Shown here: positions 1 through 10,781 of the stretch, piece by piece
Layout of the letters: each line of letters begins with the position of its first letter
Numbering within the stretch: position 1 is the first letter of the stretch
Assembly: GCA_030704615.1 (NCBI GenBank)
Contig: CM060731.1
Coordinates: 63,798,001 to 63,862,000 of the forward strand
Source of the DNA: Takakia lepidozioides
Taxonomy: Eukaryota > Plantae > Bryophyta
DNA: 64,000 nucleotides
Direction: 5' to 3'
Made by a program: the position numbers and the translations under genes
The notes under the pieces: generated by a model
The model's input: the letters and a program-made list of their open reading frames with translations, nothing else
Told to the model about the DNA's origin: nothing
Databases searched by the model: none

Positions 1-1711
1 TCCTTCAAGAGTATGACTTTCAGGTGGTGCATCGACCGGGTTTGGTCAATCGAAATGCAGATGGGTTGAGTCGCAATCCATGCACGAGCCAGCAGGATGA
101 CACTGGAGCTCGGTGGCATGGTGAGACGGACGAGGAGATGGTGCCCGGATGGCATGCATCTGCATTTCTGTGTATCTTGGCAGCGGAAGGCCAGGTTGGA
201 CCTACAACAGGGATGACTGTAGATCAAGTGTCTGAGGACCCTGAGGCCAGCAATGAGCAGGTGGCGCCAAAGATATACATGAGGATTCAGTTGTGTTGGA
301 CTACCTCCGCAGTGGAGACACGGCAGCCACTATGACTGCCAAGGAGAGGGATCGGATCCTACAACGAGCCAAGAGGTTCAGGTGGGAGGGGACACACCTG
401 CTCCGAGTGTGGGAGGATGGTCGAGTGAGGATTGTGCCTCACCCAACACAGCGGGCACGGTTAGTGCGGCATGCCCATGAGGAGTTGGGGCATTTTGGGG
501 TGCGACGCACTCATAGTCTACTGCAGGGGCAGTATTGGTGGCGTGGTATGCACACAGAGGTGCAACAATTTGTGGCTAGGTGCATGGTGTGTGACAGGGT
601 GCGTGCTTCATTCAACGCCCCTACTCCACAATTGCACCCTCTTCCGATCATGGGATGGGCTACAGGTGGAGTCTTGACTTCGCAGGGCCGTTGCCACTGA
701 CCATGCGCCACAACAAGTACGTGTTGGTGATGGTGGAGCACTTCTCCAAGTGGATTGAATTGGTTCCATTGCCTGATAAGGCTAGTGAGGGAGCTGCGTA
801 TGCATTCCTGGATTGTGTGCTTAGCCGATTCGGTGCTCCAGCTGAGGTACTCACGGACCAAGGGAGAGAGTTCTTGGGGAGTTTCAGGCTTTGTGTGACA
901 AGGCCTTGATAGACCACCGCACCACTTCTCGGGATCATCCTGAGCCGATGGCTTGGCAGAGAGAGTTGTTCAGACAGTAAAGAGGGGTTTGCGCAAGTAT
1001 GCTTGCAGAAGGGACACCTAGGAGATTGGGACCTTCAGTTACCCTGGTTAGCCATGGGCTACAGGTTCAGCAAGCAAGCATCACTTGCCTCCTTCTCACC
1101 ATACTTTCTTCTCTTTGGCCGAGAGCCGGATTTGCCTACATCCATTCGCAGAGAAGCTGCTACAGTTCTTAACCTTGACGATCCGGACGTGTGGGCACGT
1201 GCATGTGAGCAGCGTGCAGAGTTGTTCAAGAGAGTCATGCCCATGGCTTTCGAGAACCTTGCCATTGCACAACACCGTGATACGTTGAGGTATGCTACCA
1301 TACGTGGTGGGGGCTATCGTCCTGGGGTTCGGAGATTCAACCCTGGTGACTATGTCTATCTGCAGCAGACTGCTCCTACGACCCTGGATGTGACTGCAGG
1401 ACGTGTTATTTTGAGGGTTCGAGGTCTTGCCCTCAGGCGTCTTGGTCTTGGAGGGTCGGGATGGCATAACTTGGAAGGACCATGTGCGTAATTGTGCGCC
1501 ATGTCACCTTCCGAATGTCGATGGCAGGATTGACCCAAACCTGGCAGTGGTATCTGCAGGTTTGAGGTGCATGTTGTGTGGGTCTGCTAAAGGGGCAGCC
1601 ACCATGCTGGTGTGTGATCGATGCTCTAGAGGTTGGCATATGGGATGCTTGACTCCACCTCTTGAGATGGTTCCGGATGGGGATTGGTTATGTCCACATT
1701 GCATTGGATAG
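1..1711 (+). pseudogene. Frameshifted pol 3' region: RNase H end, integrase, PHD finger
   Basis: Consecutive ORFs 24-335, 293-700, 655-909, 1003-1491 and 1427-1711 are collinear with 20263-21840; PHD C4HC3 CMLC...CDRC...WHMGC...CPHC. Confidence 0.9.
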
Positions 1712-1968
1712 TGGGAGTGGATACAACCATGGAGGCTAACAAGAAACGCAAGGCCCAGCTACTAGGAGACCTTGAACACACGAGATCTTGGCTCAAGTTC
1801 ACAGATTGCAAGACGGCGACTAACGATGGGGCTACTCTTGTACCCGGCCTCTTGGTTATAGAGTTTGAGTACGATAGGGACAGTGATAGAGGACTTAGTA
1901 CGGCTGTGGCTATTACATCTTGTAGCTATCTGGAGGTAGAGGGACCTATCCACCAGCTAGGGGGCGAT

Positions 1969-2485
1969 TGTGCTAGACTACTTTATTGTGCATATATGTG
2001 TGGTGTGGTTTGGACAGCGATGTAGTTGTGTAGCGATATGTATGCGCACGACAGCTGTCAAGTTAAATAAGCACAGTGTGAAAACAGCTAGAATAAAACT
2101 AGTTATTTGTATTTAACACTTGGATTTAGGTCAAGTGTTAAATCAGGTGTCAAGTTTAGTTTGACACCTGGTCCGTCTTATCTTCACGAGAGCGGCAGTC
2201 GCGCGGCTCATCTCTCTCGAGTTGAGCCTGCGCGACCGAGCTCCTGCATGTGTTTAGAGTGTGCTTATGTGGGATAGGTTGTTGTGGGGTGGAGTCCCCA
2301 TAGCTTGGGGTGCCCCTGGCTCGACTTCATTTCAAGAGTGATAGCGATGGATTTCATATTTCTTGTGTTGGAGTGTGTCCTTTTTAGCTTTGTTTATCAT
2401 TGTGCTAGACTACTTTATTGTGCATATATGTGTGGTGTGGTTTGGACAGCGATGTAGTTGTGTAGCGATATGTATGCGCACGACA
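1969..2485 (+). repeat. Split direct repeat terminus, subfamily 1: B1 (1969-2053), GC, A2 (2056-2400), B2 (2401-2485)
   Basis: Two identical 85-bp TG...CA repeats; junction CGACAGCTGTCA. Confidence 0.92.
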
Positions 2486-4460
2486 TCCCCGACATTGTAA
2501 TGGTCATTGTAGAAAACAATGGAGTTTGGCAAACCGCCGTAGCCGCCCCCAACAATGTACTGGCTGCACCTTGCTTTGCAGCACCACCCACTGGCATTTC
2601 CCAAGCCACACCAACTCTCCCCAATGACACTCGTGGCTCTACCTCTAACACTTGGGCGAGCGGGTGCCATTGATGGCGTAGGTGGCACTGTCTTAGCCAA
2701 TGTAAAGGACTGTGGAAGCCTTGTCTGTGGATTTGTTTCCCCCCTTTGTGGATCAAAATCCACATCCGCTCCTCTTGGCTCAGGAGCACGCGTTGCTGCT
2801 CAAGTGACAGCAGCAACAATGTTCAATACATGCAATGGCCCTGCAAGTGCGGCTCTATACATGAAGCCCATACCAATCTGATCTTCCCTAGGCATAGGAG
2901 GTTGTGCAGGTGGGGCTTGAACCTCAAGCCTTGGAGCTGGCGCAACATGACTAGTGGCCATGGCAGCAAGATGTTGCTCTAGTTGGGCAAGTCTATCCAC
3001 CATGCCTTGGTCATGACCTTGACCCTGACCCTATGCTCCTTGGTTTTGGTTACGACCTCCACCCCGACCTCTGCCTCCTCTACCTCTCTGGACTACATTG
3101 CCCTCGTCTCGGCCACCATTGTTCCATTGGAACTGGCCTGGCCATAGCTCAGGATGCAAGCCATAACAATGGGCCTCCTCATGCCCATACTTTCCACAAT
3201 GCCCACACTGCAAGTAGGCTGTGCCTGTGCCGGCCCTTTGCCTCACTCCGGACAATCCTTCTTGACATGGGGTCCTCCACAATCCAACAAGTCACACCCA
3301 ACTGTTGTTGGTCTGAGAATGAAGGAAGAGATCTCTTCATCTAGACCTCTGCATCTGAGATCCTCTATGTCCTTCCCTCGGCTTCACCTGAGCCCATTGT
3401 TGCCTTGAACACGTTGGGGTAGTGATTGTTGTTGGCTAGGAGCCCCACTTTGTTGTGTCTCCTTGCCAAACCCCACCATAACCACTCGTTTGTCCACCAT
3501 ATTGAGCTCTATATGCTCTACCAGTAAAAACACATTTGCTAAGGTGGGTTGGTCCACTTGTAGGAGAGTTGCATCTCGCACCCTTCACCTCAGCTCCTTG
3601 TCCAGGATCTCATACCAGAACTGGACTACCTGAGCTTCTGTAACCCCTTGGGTTACGTTTATCAAGCGCCTCATGCGGGTGTAAGTCTCCCTCAAACTCT
3701 CAGTAGACCTTCGTTGGAACTCTTGCAAGCTCCGCAACTTCTCTGTCCTTATCCCTTGGTAGTTTCTCCTCAACTCCTCGAAGAACTCCACAACTGGGTT
3801 AAAGACAGGCATGGGTGCTGGTACTGCAGCAGGAGCTTGAGTGGATTTCCCAGCTCCTGTATCACTTGTCCCACTACTAGTGCTTGCAGTTGGAGATGTT
3901 TGTGTAGCTGTTGGTGTTACCGCTGCCCTTGTGCCTCTAGTGATGGAGACATAGTTAGGTGACCAATACTCTTGCCACTCCTCAATCTCCACCGCATATC
4001 CCCGCCTAAATTCATGGTAATCATCCATGGGCGGCCCCTCAAGGTGCTGGAATAGCCCCTTCCACGCCATAAAGGGCGTAAACAGTTGTGGATTGCGCAT
4101 TTGCTGCAAATCACACCAACTGTCAAACTCTTGTATGAAGTCATCAAGCTCGATGTTGCCCACAGATCCAGAGTATTTACTGGCCCCTTGGTAGCTCCAT
4201 ACATCTCCTCCATCGTGTCCTACAACAATGGCACGGAAATGACTTGCACCCTCGGCGAGAATCCTCCTGACTCCGAGTCTGAACCTTCCTCAGAAGACAC
4301 TAAAGGTGAAGGTGGCCTAAACCACACACCTCATCTTGTGTACCCACTAGTATCACCGGTGCTCGTACCGGCACTCCCCTCAGCAACTGGTGGCACCTCC
4401 GTGATAAAAACTCACAACCCAACCGATTGTCAACCAGTCTCTAATCCCCACTTTCCATAA
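2486..4460 (-). pseudogene. Disrupted gag (capsid-like region plus CCHC zinc knuckle)
   Basis: ORF 3585-4163 (LDDFIQEFDSWC...ESLRETYTRMRRL), knuckle CGHCGKYGHEEAHC in ORF 3031-3282; 2486-2817 is homologous to about 10817-11151; start position approximate. Confidence 0.75.
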
Positions 4461-6853
4461 GGTAACCGGGTAGAGAACCTGTTGCAGCTAACTGGTTCAA
4501 GCAGGAATAATAGGTTTCTAACGTAGACCTATACCTGCACCTGCATCCACCGTAAGCACTCATATGGTCTGTTGGTCATCAACCCAGCCTCACCATAGAA
4601 GAAACACTGGTGGTCTTGCTGGTCATCACTCCAGCCTCACCACCGATAGCATATTCTAGGATTGGCCGGTGATCAAATCCGGACCAACCTCTATGAAAAC
4701 AAGCGCCCACACAAAGCTAACATGGCGCACAGTCAAGCATGCAGGTGTGGAGAGGATCCAAACACGAGAAAATCAAGACAACAACTCCCCCACACCAAAA
4801 ACACTCCACAGTATCGCTCCTGCAAGGACACCCCAGCCAAACCCAGACTGACTATTGCCTCCACCTACGGAAAGGTTTTGGCCTACAGAGATGGTGAAAG
4901 ACTATGGGGAAGAGAAACTAAAGCAATTCCTAACCCCAGAATGCTCTCATCCCACCACTCTCCCTCCTGTCTCTATCCACTCGCTTGTATGGCCGTGGCA
5001 AGTATCCTTCAAATATCCCTCAATCAATCCTTTGAGATCTTTTCAACATTGTCCACCAAATCTCCTCGAAGGGTTCTCCAATACTCCTCCAATACTCCTC
5101 CAATGACCCCAAAGATCCTCCAAACAATCCTCCAAGGACCCCAAAGATCCTACAAACACTCCTCCAAGGGCCCTCAAATATCTTCCAAACAATCTTCCAA
5201 AGGCCCTTAAATTTCACTACTTCATTTCAATGTTGATACCTTAACAGAGGTATAGTCTGAGGTTGCTAGGGTCCCTTATGTTGATGATACTTTTACAGAG
5301 GTATAGTCTGAAAATGAGGGTTCTATTTGGTATACTAATAGAGGTATAGTCTGAGCTAATTAGGGTCCACATATGGTGATACCTCAACAAAGATATAGTA
5401 AAATGGACAAGCTCCTGTTTGGTATACTAACAGAGGTATAGTCTGAGCATACACTACTAGGGTTTGTAATGAAGAGCTAGATTGCAAGTCCTTGACTTCT
5501 ATGCTTCTACTCAAGCAAAAATATGGTCTCTAGGTGGTCATAAGAGGCATCTTCTTGCTCTCTTCCATCCCAATGTGCAACCAAGAGTGGTCCAACTCGA
5601 CTTGCAAGTCATTGTCCACCAAATCAATCCCCCTTCTAGTCCTTGGGATTTGCTTGCAAACAACCATATCTCCATTGCCAAGCAATCATGCATTTGTCTC
5701 CTCATCACTTGACAATTGCTCCAAATCAACACAAATTATCTCAATGTGTAGGAGCAATGCTTGTCACTTACAATAATTCTCCCAAGCAATCCACCTTGGA
5801 TCCCACTCTCATGTCATATGCCTCCTTTGGGGTCTTGCACTAATCCATCATCCATGTGCTCCCCTTGGTCATTTGAATGCATGTTCCATGACCTCTTGGC
5901 CTATGTGTTGATCTCCTTCATCATAACATGAATCAACACCTCTCCACTTCACACACAAATGGATCTCAAGGCCTTCACCTCTTGCTAGTTCAAGAGCTCC
6001 CCTTCTCAAACTTGAACTTACAAACTCAAGCGAGCATGCTCCATACATGCACCACTTGCTTGGTCAACTATCCACCACAAAGCTCGCACTACCAAGAGCA
6101 TGAATAGCCAAGTATTGCCTCCCCCTCTTGTCACATTACATGGTTAGGGTGAAGCTATGCATACATTGAATGATGATTTCCCTTCAAGGATTTCCCACCA
6201 TATATTCTTCAAGCCCTTCCAAATGACGCCCTAAGCTTGGCTCCACACCCCCATGATTGGAAGATTTCTTCACATGCTCCCTTTCAAAACCTCTTGAGCT
6301 TCTTAGTACTCTCCAAGTACTTGCCCTTGTTGTCTTCAAGCCCAAAGCCTATGTAGCTCCTTGGCTTCTTTTCCACAACATCCACACTTTGAACTTGATT
6401 AATCCTAGCTTGATAGTGAAATGAGCACTAACAAACCTTTAGTCACTCTCCACAAGCCATGGCGCACACCATTGACTCCATAATGCATACAAAAGATTCT
6501 CAAACCTAGAATCCATGCTTCCACACACACAAGACTTCCTCTTTGCAATCCTTGCAAAATCTTGTGACTCAAGAGCTTTCTTCTCTAACTCTCCAACTCC
6601 TTGGTGCATGCAACACTCCAGCATATTTCCTTGCAACCCCTTGCAAGCCTTGTGATACAAGAGCTAAATTCTCCTAGCTCTCAACCACTTTAACATACAA
6701 GTGCAAAACTAATCTTTACACTTTGCATTCACAAGCATAAGGTGATCTTCTTGTAGTGATAAGAGATGAGAAATGAGAGAAGTGGAAGACAATGAAAACT
6801 CTCAAAGCATGAAGCAATCACACTAAGAACAAGCCCTAGTCCTTCCAAGTGAA

Positions 6854-7171
6854 ATCCACTCTATCACATAAACTAAGTCAAGCCAAGAGCACCCTTGCTA
6901 AGGGAATCCACCCTACAAAGCCCTCAACACACTCCCTCTCAATACCTAGAGCTATGGAGGTGAGAGAAGCTCATGGAGGCTCAACTACAAGAAGATGAGC
7001 CTCCTCCATCCTCACAAGGGGAAAACCTATCCTCATGTCCCAAGTGAGGCTCGACACCTCACTTGACATGTGAGACCCAATGAAGTCCCAACACACAAAA
7101 TATAAATATAAATATCTAAAATGCCCTAGTTAACTAGAAGTAGGTAATTCTAGATAACCATGACTATGGCA
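6854..7171 (-). repeat. A1 terminal repeat of subfamily 2 element
   Basis: Near-identical to A2 (22184-22507) apart from a 6-bp indel near the 5' end and a few substitutions; no B repeat on either side. Confidence 0.9.
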
Positions 7172-7175
7172 CAAT

Positions 7176-7690
7176 CAATATTTTCAGGAATAATGGTCAC
7201 CTCTGGGGCATACAACATCCCATCAGAACTGACCCTGAAGCTGGTGCCTGCTAACTGCTGGTTATTGGATGAGATTGCATATAAGGCCCTTACACCTGAA
7301 CCCACATGGTAACCAACCAGCCAGGAAGCTTCTTGAGGTGAGGCTGGGACAACAGATCAGTCCAACAAGATAGGAGATTGCCCATGACTGAATCCCAACC
7401 TAAGGTCACACGTCTTCAGGAGAAGCCCTCCACGATGGAATTAGCAGGGAGCAGGGAGTCTGATCGTTATCCCAAAAATGCAGGATATATGACAGGCCAG
7501 CCGCTTCCCATTGTGCCCAGCGCTTAGAGCAAGGAAATAGCACATCCGATTCTCGATTAAGGTTCCCAAAGAGCGGTTGTGTGAGAACCTCGTGAGCTGT
7601 ATTGCGAGAGAAAGAGACGTAGCTTACACCAAGAACTCCAAATAGTCTGTCATGCCTACGAACCCATCCTTGGATTCATGTTTGTTTTCT
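7176..7690 (-). mobile_element. L1-like LINE ORF2 fragment (upstream half of the LINE at 22595-23922, now inverted)
   Basis: Minus-strand translation EVLTQPLFGN...KRWAQWEAAGLSYILHFWD resembles the L1 region between RT and zf-RVT; frame joins across the ATTG TSD (EVTIIPENIDCCEIRV). Confidence 0.6.
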
Positions 7691-7777
7691 CCCTCTGAAC
7701 AATCCATCTTAACGAATGAGGTCGGAGCTAGTGCGAGGGATAGTAGCATGCTCTACTTTCCTGGCCGTCACTGGGCT

Positions 7778-8253
7778 CAGTGCGGTTTATTGAGAATGTA
7801 GCGGTGGATCATAGGAACATGATGCCAACATTGGCTGCATTCTCAGGTGTGGTGGCTTGGGGTGGTGAGCTCTTGGAGGGCAATAGCCATGCAGACGATA
7901 GGCCACCATCTGATGAGGACAAACAATTGGCATACAAGGCTAAGTTGCTTCCTCATGTGCCTGCGCCTATTCCACTGTGGGGTACGGTTGGGAATTTGCA
8001 GCGAGTAGCAGGTGAGTGTGTGCACCAAGCATGGCAGGAGGCCTTTCCATTGATGAGTGAGGGGAGTTCAGTGACATCACCTGGATCTCCTCAGTTAGCT
8101 CCTTTGGACACAGTGCCCATTACGTGGCAACCACCTGACTCAGGGATTTGTTTGCTAGACCTGTTTGGAGGCATGAGCACTGGGCTTATAGGAGTGTTGT
8201 AAGCTGGGATCAAAGTACGCAAGTTTTTATATGTGGAGAAGGATGAGATTGCT
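7778..8253 (+). mobile_element. Internal fragment of the DNMT Gypsy family including the methyltransferase N-terminus
   Basis: Highly similar to about 11797-12272; ICLLDLFGGMSTGLIGVL*AGIKVRKFLYVEKDEIA. Confidence 0.9.
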
Positions 8254-9059
8254 TCTAGTGGACACATGGAAGTCGGTGGTCCGTGGATGATATTGGATAT
8301 TATGTTGACACGTGGCGACACTCTCAGCATGGACACGTGTCCTGTGTCGGTGCTACGAAATGGATGGAGTGAAAAATTCAATGACTTCCGAAACCACTTG
8401 TTGAGTGATTGCGAAATGACTCACAGAGTCATTCTATGAAAACTGAGAATATACAATATCACTCAAACCGTGGTTATGTGAGTGGATGACGTCTCTTAGC
8501 AGGTCATTGGAATGATTACCCACATAGTGGTATGTAAGCTGTTTGAATCATCCATGGTGTCTCTCTGAGTGGGACCTATGGATTGGAATGATTACAAACA
8601 CAGTGGTGTGTAAGTAATTAGGAATACCACTGGAGGAATTCATACCACTAATACAGTAATATATAGGTGATTACGTATACCACTACAGGAGTGGTAATGG
8701 AGGCAATTGTGAGTATTTGGCTACTCTTACAGTTTTAAATTATACCACTATTACAGTGGCGTACAAGTGATTAGGAACATGACTAGAGGAACGCATACCA
8801 CTATTGTAGTGAAAGAAGTACCATTGGGGATTCAAGCTCCACAAAATAAATAAAATCCCAGAGAGTAAGTGCTGGAACACTGTCAACAAAATCCAGCCAT
8901 GATAAAAGTCTGAGCCTAACTTCTACATAGCGTCTCCGCATGCATGCTAGGAACACTGAACTGTTTTCCTGCCTTCTTCTCATTGCCAGCAATGTCTACG
9001 CCCGGGCGAACGAAATTGTAAGCCCTCTTCATGTTCATCTCTGGCCAGGGCTGCCAGGC

Positions 9060-9330
9060 TCACATTTGATGTTGATGTACACCAGGGGAATGTTCAGAAT
9101 GACATCTGGTACAATTCCAGCTTTGATAATGTCACCATGAATCTCTTTGCCCCTTCCCAGGGCTGCTAGGCTCCCATATGCATATTACAAACACAAATGA
9201 ACATGACGTGGTCTTGCTTCATCCCATCCCACATCATTTGCTCCTAGATTTCCAAAGCCTTAATCCCATACCCATGCTGCACATACCTTGCAATCATGGC
9301 ACTCCAAAAGACCACATCTCGTTCAACCAC
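9060..9330 (-). pseudogene. PLS-class PPR gene fragment
   Basis: ERDVVFWSAMIARYVQHGYGIKALEI followed by degraded motifs (GKEIHGDIIKAGIVPDVILN). Confidence 0.75.
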
Positions 9331-9369
9331 CTCTCTTGATCCTCTTTCAGAAGCTGTGGTCATGGTTGA

Positions 9370-10753
9370 GGTGCCTGATTTTATCAACTGTGCCACTGTA
9401 GCTGCTACCTTTAGTTGACCATCTACCCATGCAGCAGGTTTCTTGTAGCTATTGATCCACATGGAATCATAGGTAATATGGGGCTTGAAGTCCGGCCTTC
9501 TTGGATGAATCTGGACCCAGACTCTATCCCTGCTCCTTCAGCTATCCATGCCGCTGCACAAATCATGCATATATCATTGCCTTGTTGCTAACACCTGACA
9601 ATGACAGCCTAGATTTGTTCTAGGGAACACCCAACTCAACTTATCACTATGGTCAATTGCATCTGCTACTCTCTGTAATCCAACAGACATTTCACCTTTT
9701 TGCCTCGATTGTCGCACCATTGACTGGGGTCAGAAAAAATATTCATTCCACAGCTTTTCCTCGTCTCAGCTATTACCTGTTTAGAACTGGATACTTCCCT
9801 ATTGTCACATTGGCAGTACCATGTCAAAGTCACTCCAAACTATCAAAGGTTCACTCAACCAGCTAACTTGCAAAATTCAACATGAAAATTTAGGGCCAAT
9901 TTTGATAAGAGGGAAAAACAGGATGAAAGTGTGTTGAAGAAGGTGCCTTCACTAGTAGTGCCTAATTTTATCAATTGTGTCGCTACTGCTGCGGCTTCCA
10001 GTTGACCATCTACCCATGCAGGTTTCTTGCAGCTATTGATCCACAGGGAATTATAGGTAATCGTGAGCTTGAAGTCCTGCCCTCTTGGATGAATCTGGAC
10101 CGGCCCGACTCTACCCCTGCTCCCTCAGCTATCCAAGCTCTGCACAAATCATGCATACATCCTTCCCTTGCTGCTAGCGGCTGACAATGACAGCCTACAA
10201 TTGTTCCAGCAAACACCCAACCCTACTTATCACCCATGCAGAATTCAACATGCATCCCAGGGCCAAGTCTGATGAGAGGGAAAAACAGGCTGAAACGTGC
10301 CCTCACCACATTGTCCTTGACCCATGGAGGATTTGACCGACCATCAACCCAAAATGGCCTCTTGTGCGTGCTGTTTGTCTGTAGTCAGGTAATGTCGGAT
10401 TGGTCTGTGAGAACCACCACGGTGCAGCTGAGCAAGCAGAGATTGAAACACGGCCTGCTAAGACCTGCAAGGTGACTCTCCCAAGAACCTTGTAAACAGT
10501 AGGATGAATACCAAATCATGGTACTCACAGGTACGAAGAGCCCACCTTTGCAGGATGGACGAACTTCTTCACATTGTACATTAAGAAAAGCCACACTTGG
10601 TGATTGCGGTTGTCCCACCATCGTGAAGGATCGGTATAAAACTCATGCAACTTCACATCACAAACGAGCTAACTTGCAGAATTCTACATAAAAATTTAGG
10701 GACTACTCTGGTAATAGGGAAAAACAGGGTGAAATGTGTTGAAGAAGGTACCT
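9370..10753. repeat. Dispersed, internally reiterated repeat next to a PPR fragment; related inverted copy at 39809-42690
   Basis: About 590-bp unit reiterated (9370-9960, 9960-10240); 10240-10440 matches the reverse complement of 39809-40045 and 40158-40380. Confidence 0.75.
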
Positions 10754-10781
10754 TCATGCCACACGTTCAGCCATCTCCACA

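Larger units (their letters stand above)
1..2485 (+). mobile_element. 3' part of Ty3/Gypsy-order retrotransposon with PHD-finger integrase (subfamily 1); 5' part lies outside the window
   Basis: RNase H tail, integrase HHCC (HEELGHFG...CMVC), core WSLDFAGP/LTDQGREF, C-terminal PHD; PPT-like AGCTAGGGGGCGAT (1955-1968), then B1-A2-B2 terminal repeats ending ...GCACGACA at 2485. Confidence 0.92.
2486..7171 (-). mobile_element. 5' half of DNMT/PHD Gypsy element (subfamily 2): A1 repeat, long leader, gag
   Basis: 6854-7171 is the reverse complement of 22184-22507; starts TGCCAT at 7171 next to TSD (CAAT 7172-7175 = ATTG); gag and zinc knuckle downstream; interrupted at 2486 by the subfamily 1 element. 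Confidence 0.88.

Noticed and set aside
1969-2485. Independent TRIM or mini-LTR element with 85-bp LTRs
   Set aside because: B1 directly follows the Gypsy PPT in both subfamilies, no TSD flanks B1...B2, and in subfamily 2 the interior A is also the element's 5' terminus
4662-5210. 182-aa plus-strand ORF as a gene
   Set aside because: Antisense to the retroelement leader, partly low-complexity repeat, no recognisable domain
6830-6853. tRNA primer-binding site after A1 (TGGAAGGACTAGGG on the minus strand)
   Set aside because: Starts with TGG but I cannot match it to a plant tRNA 3' end; left unassigned pending a tRNA search
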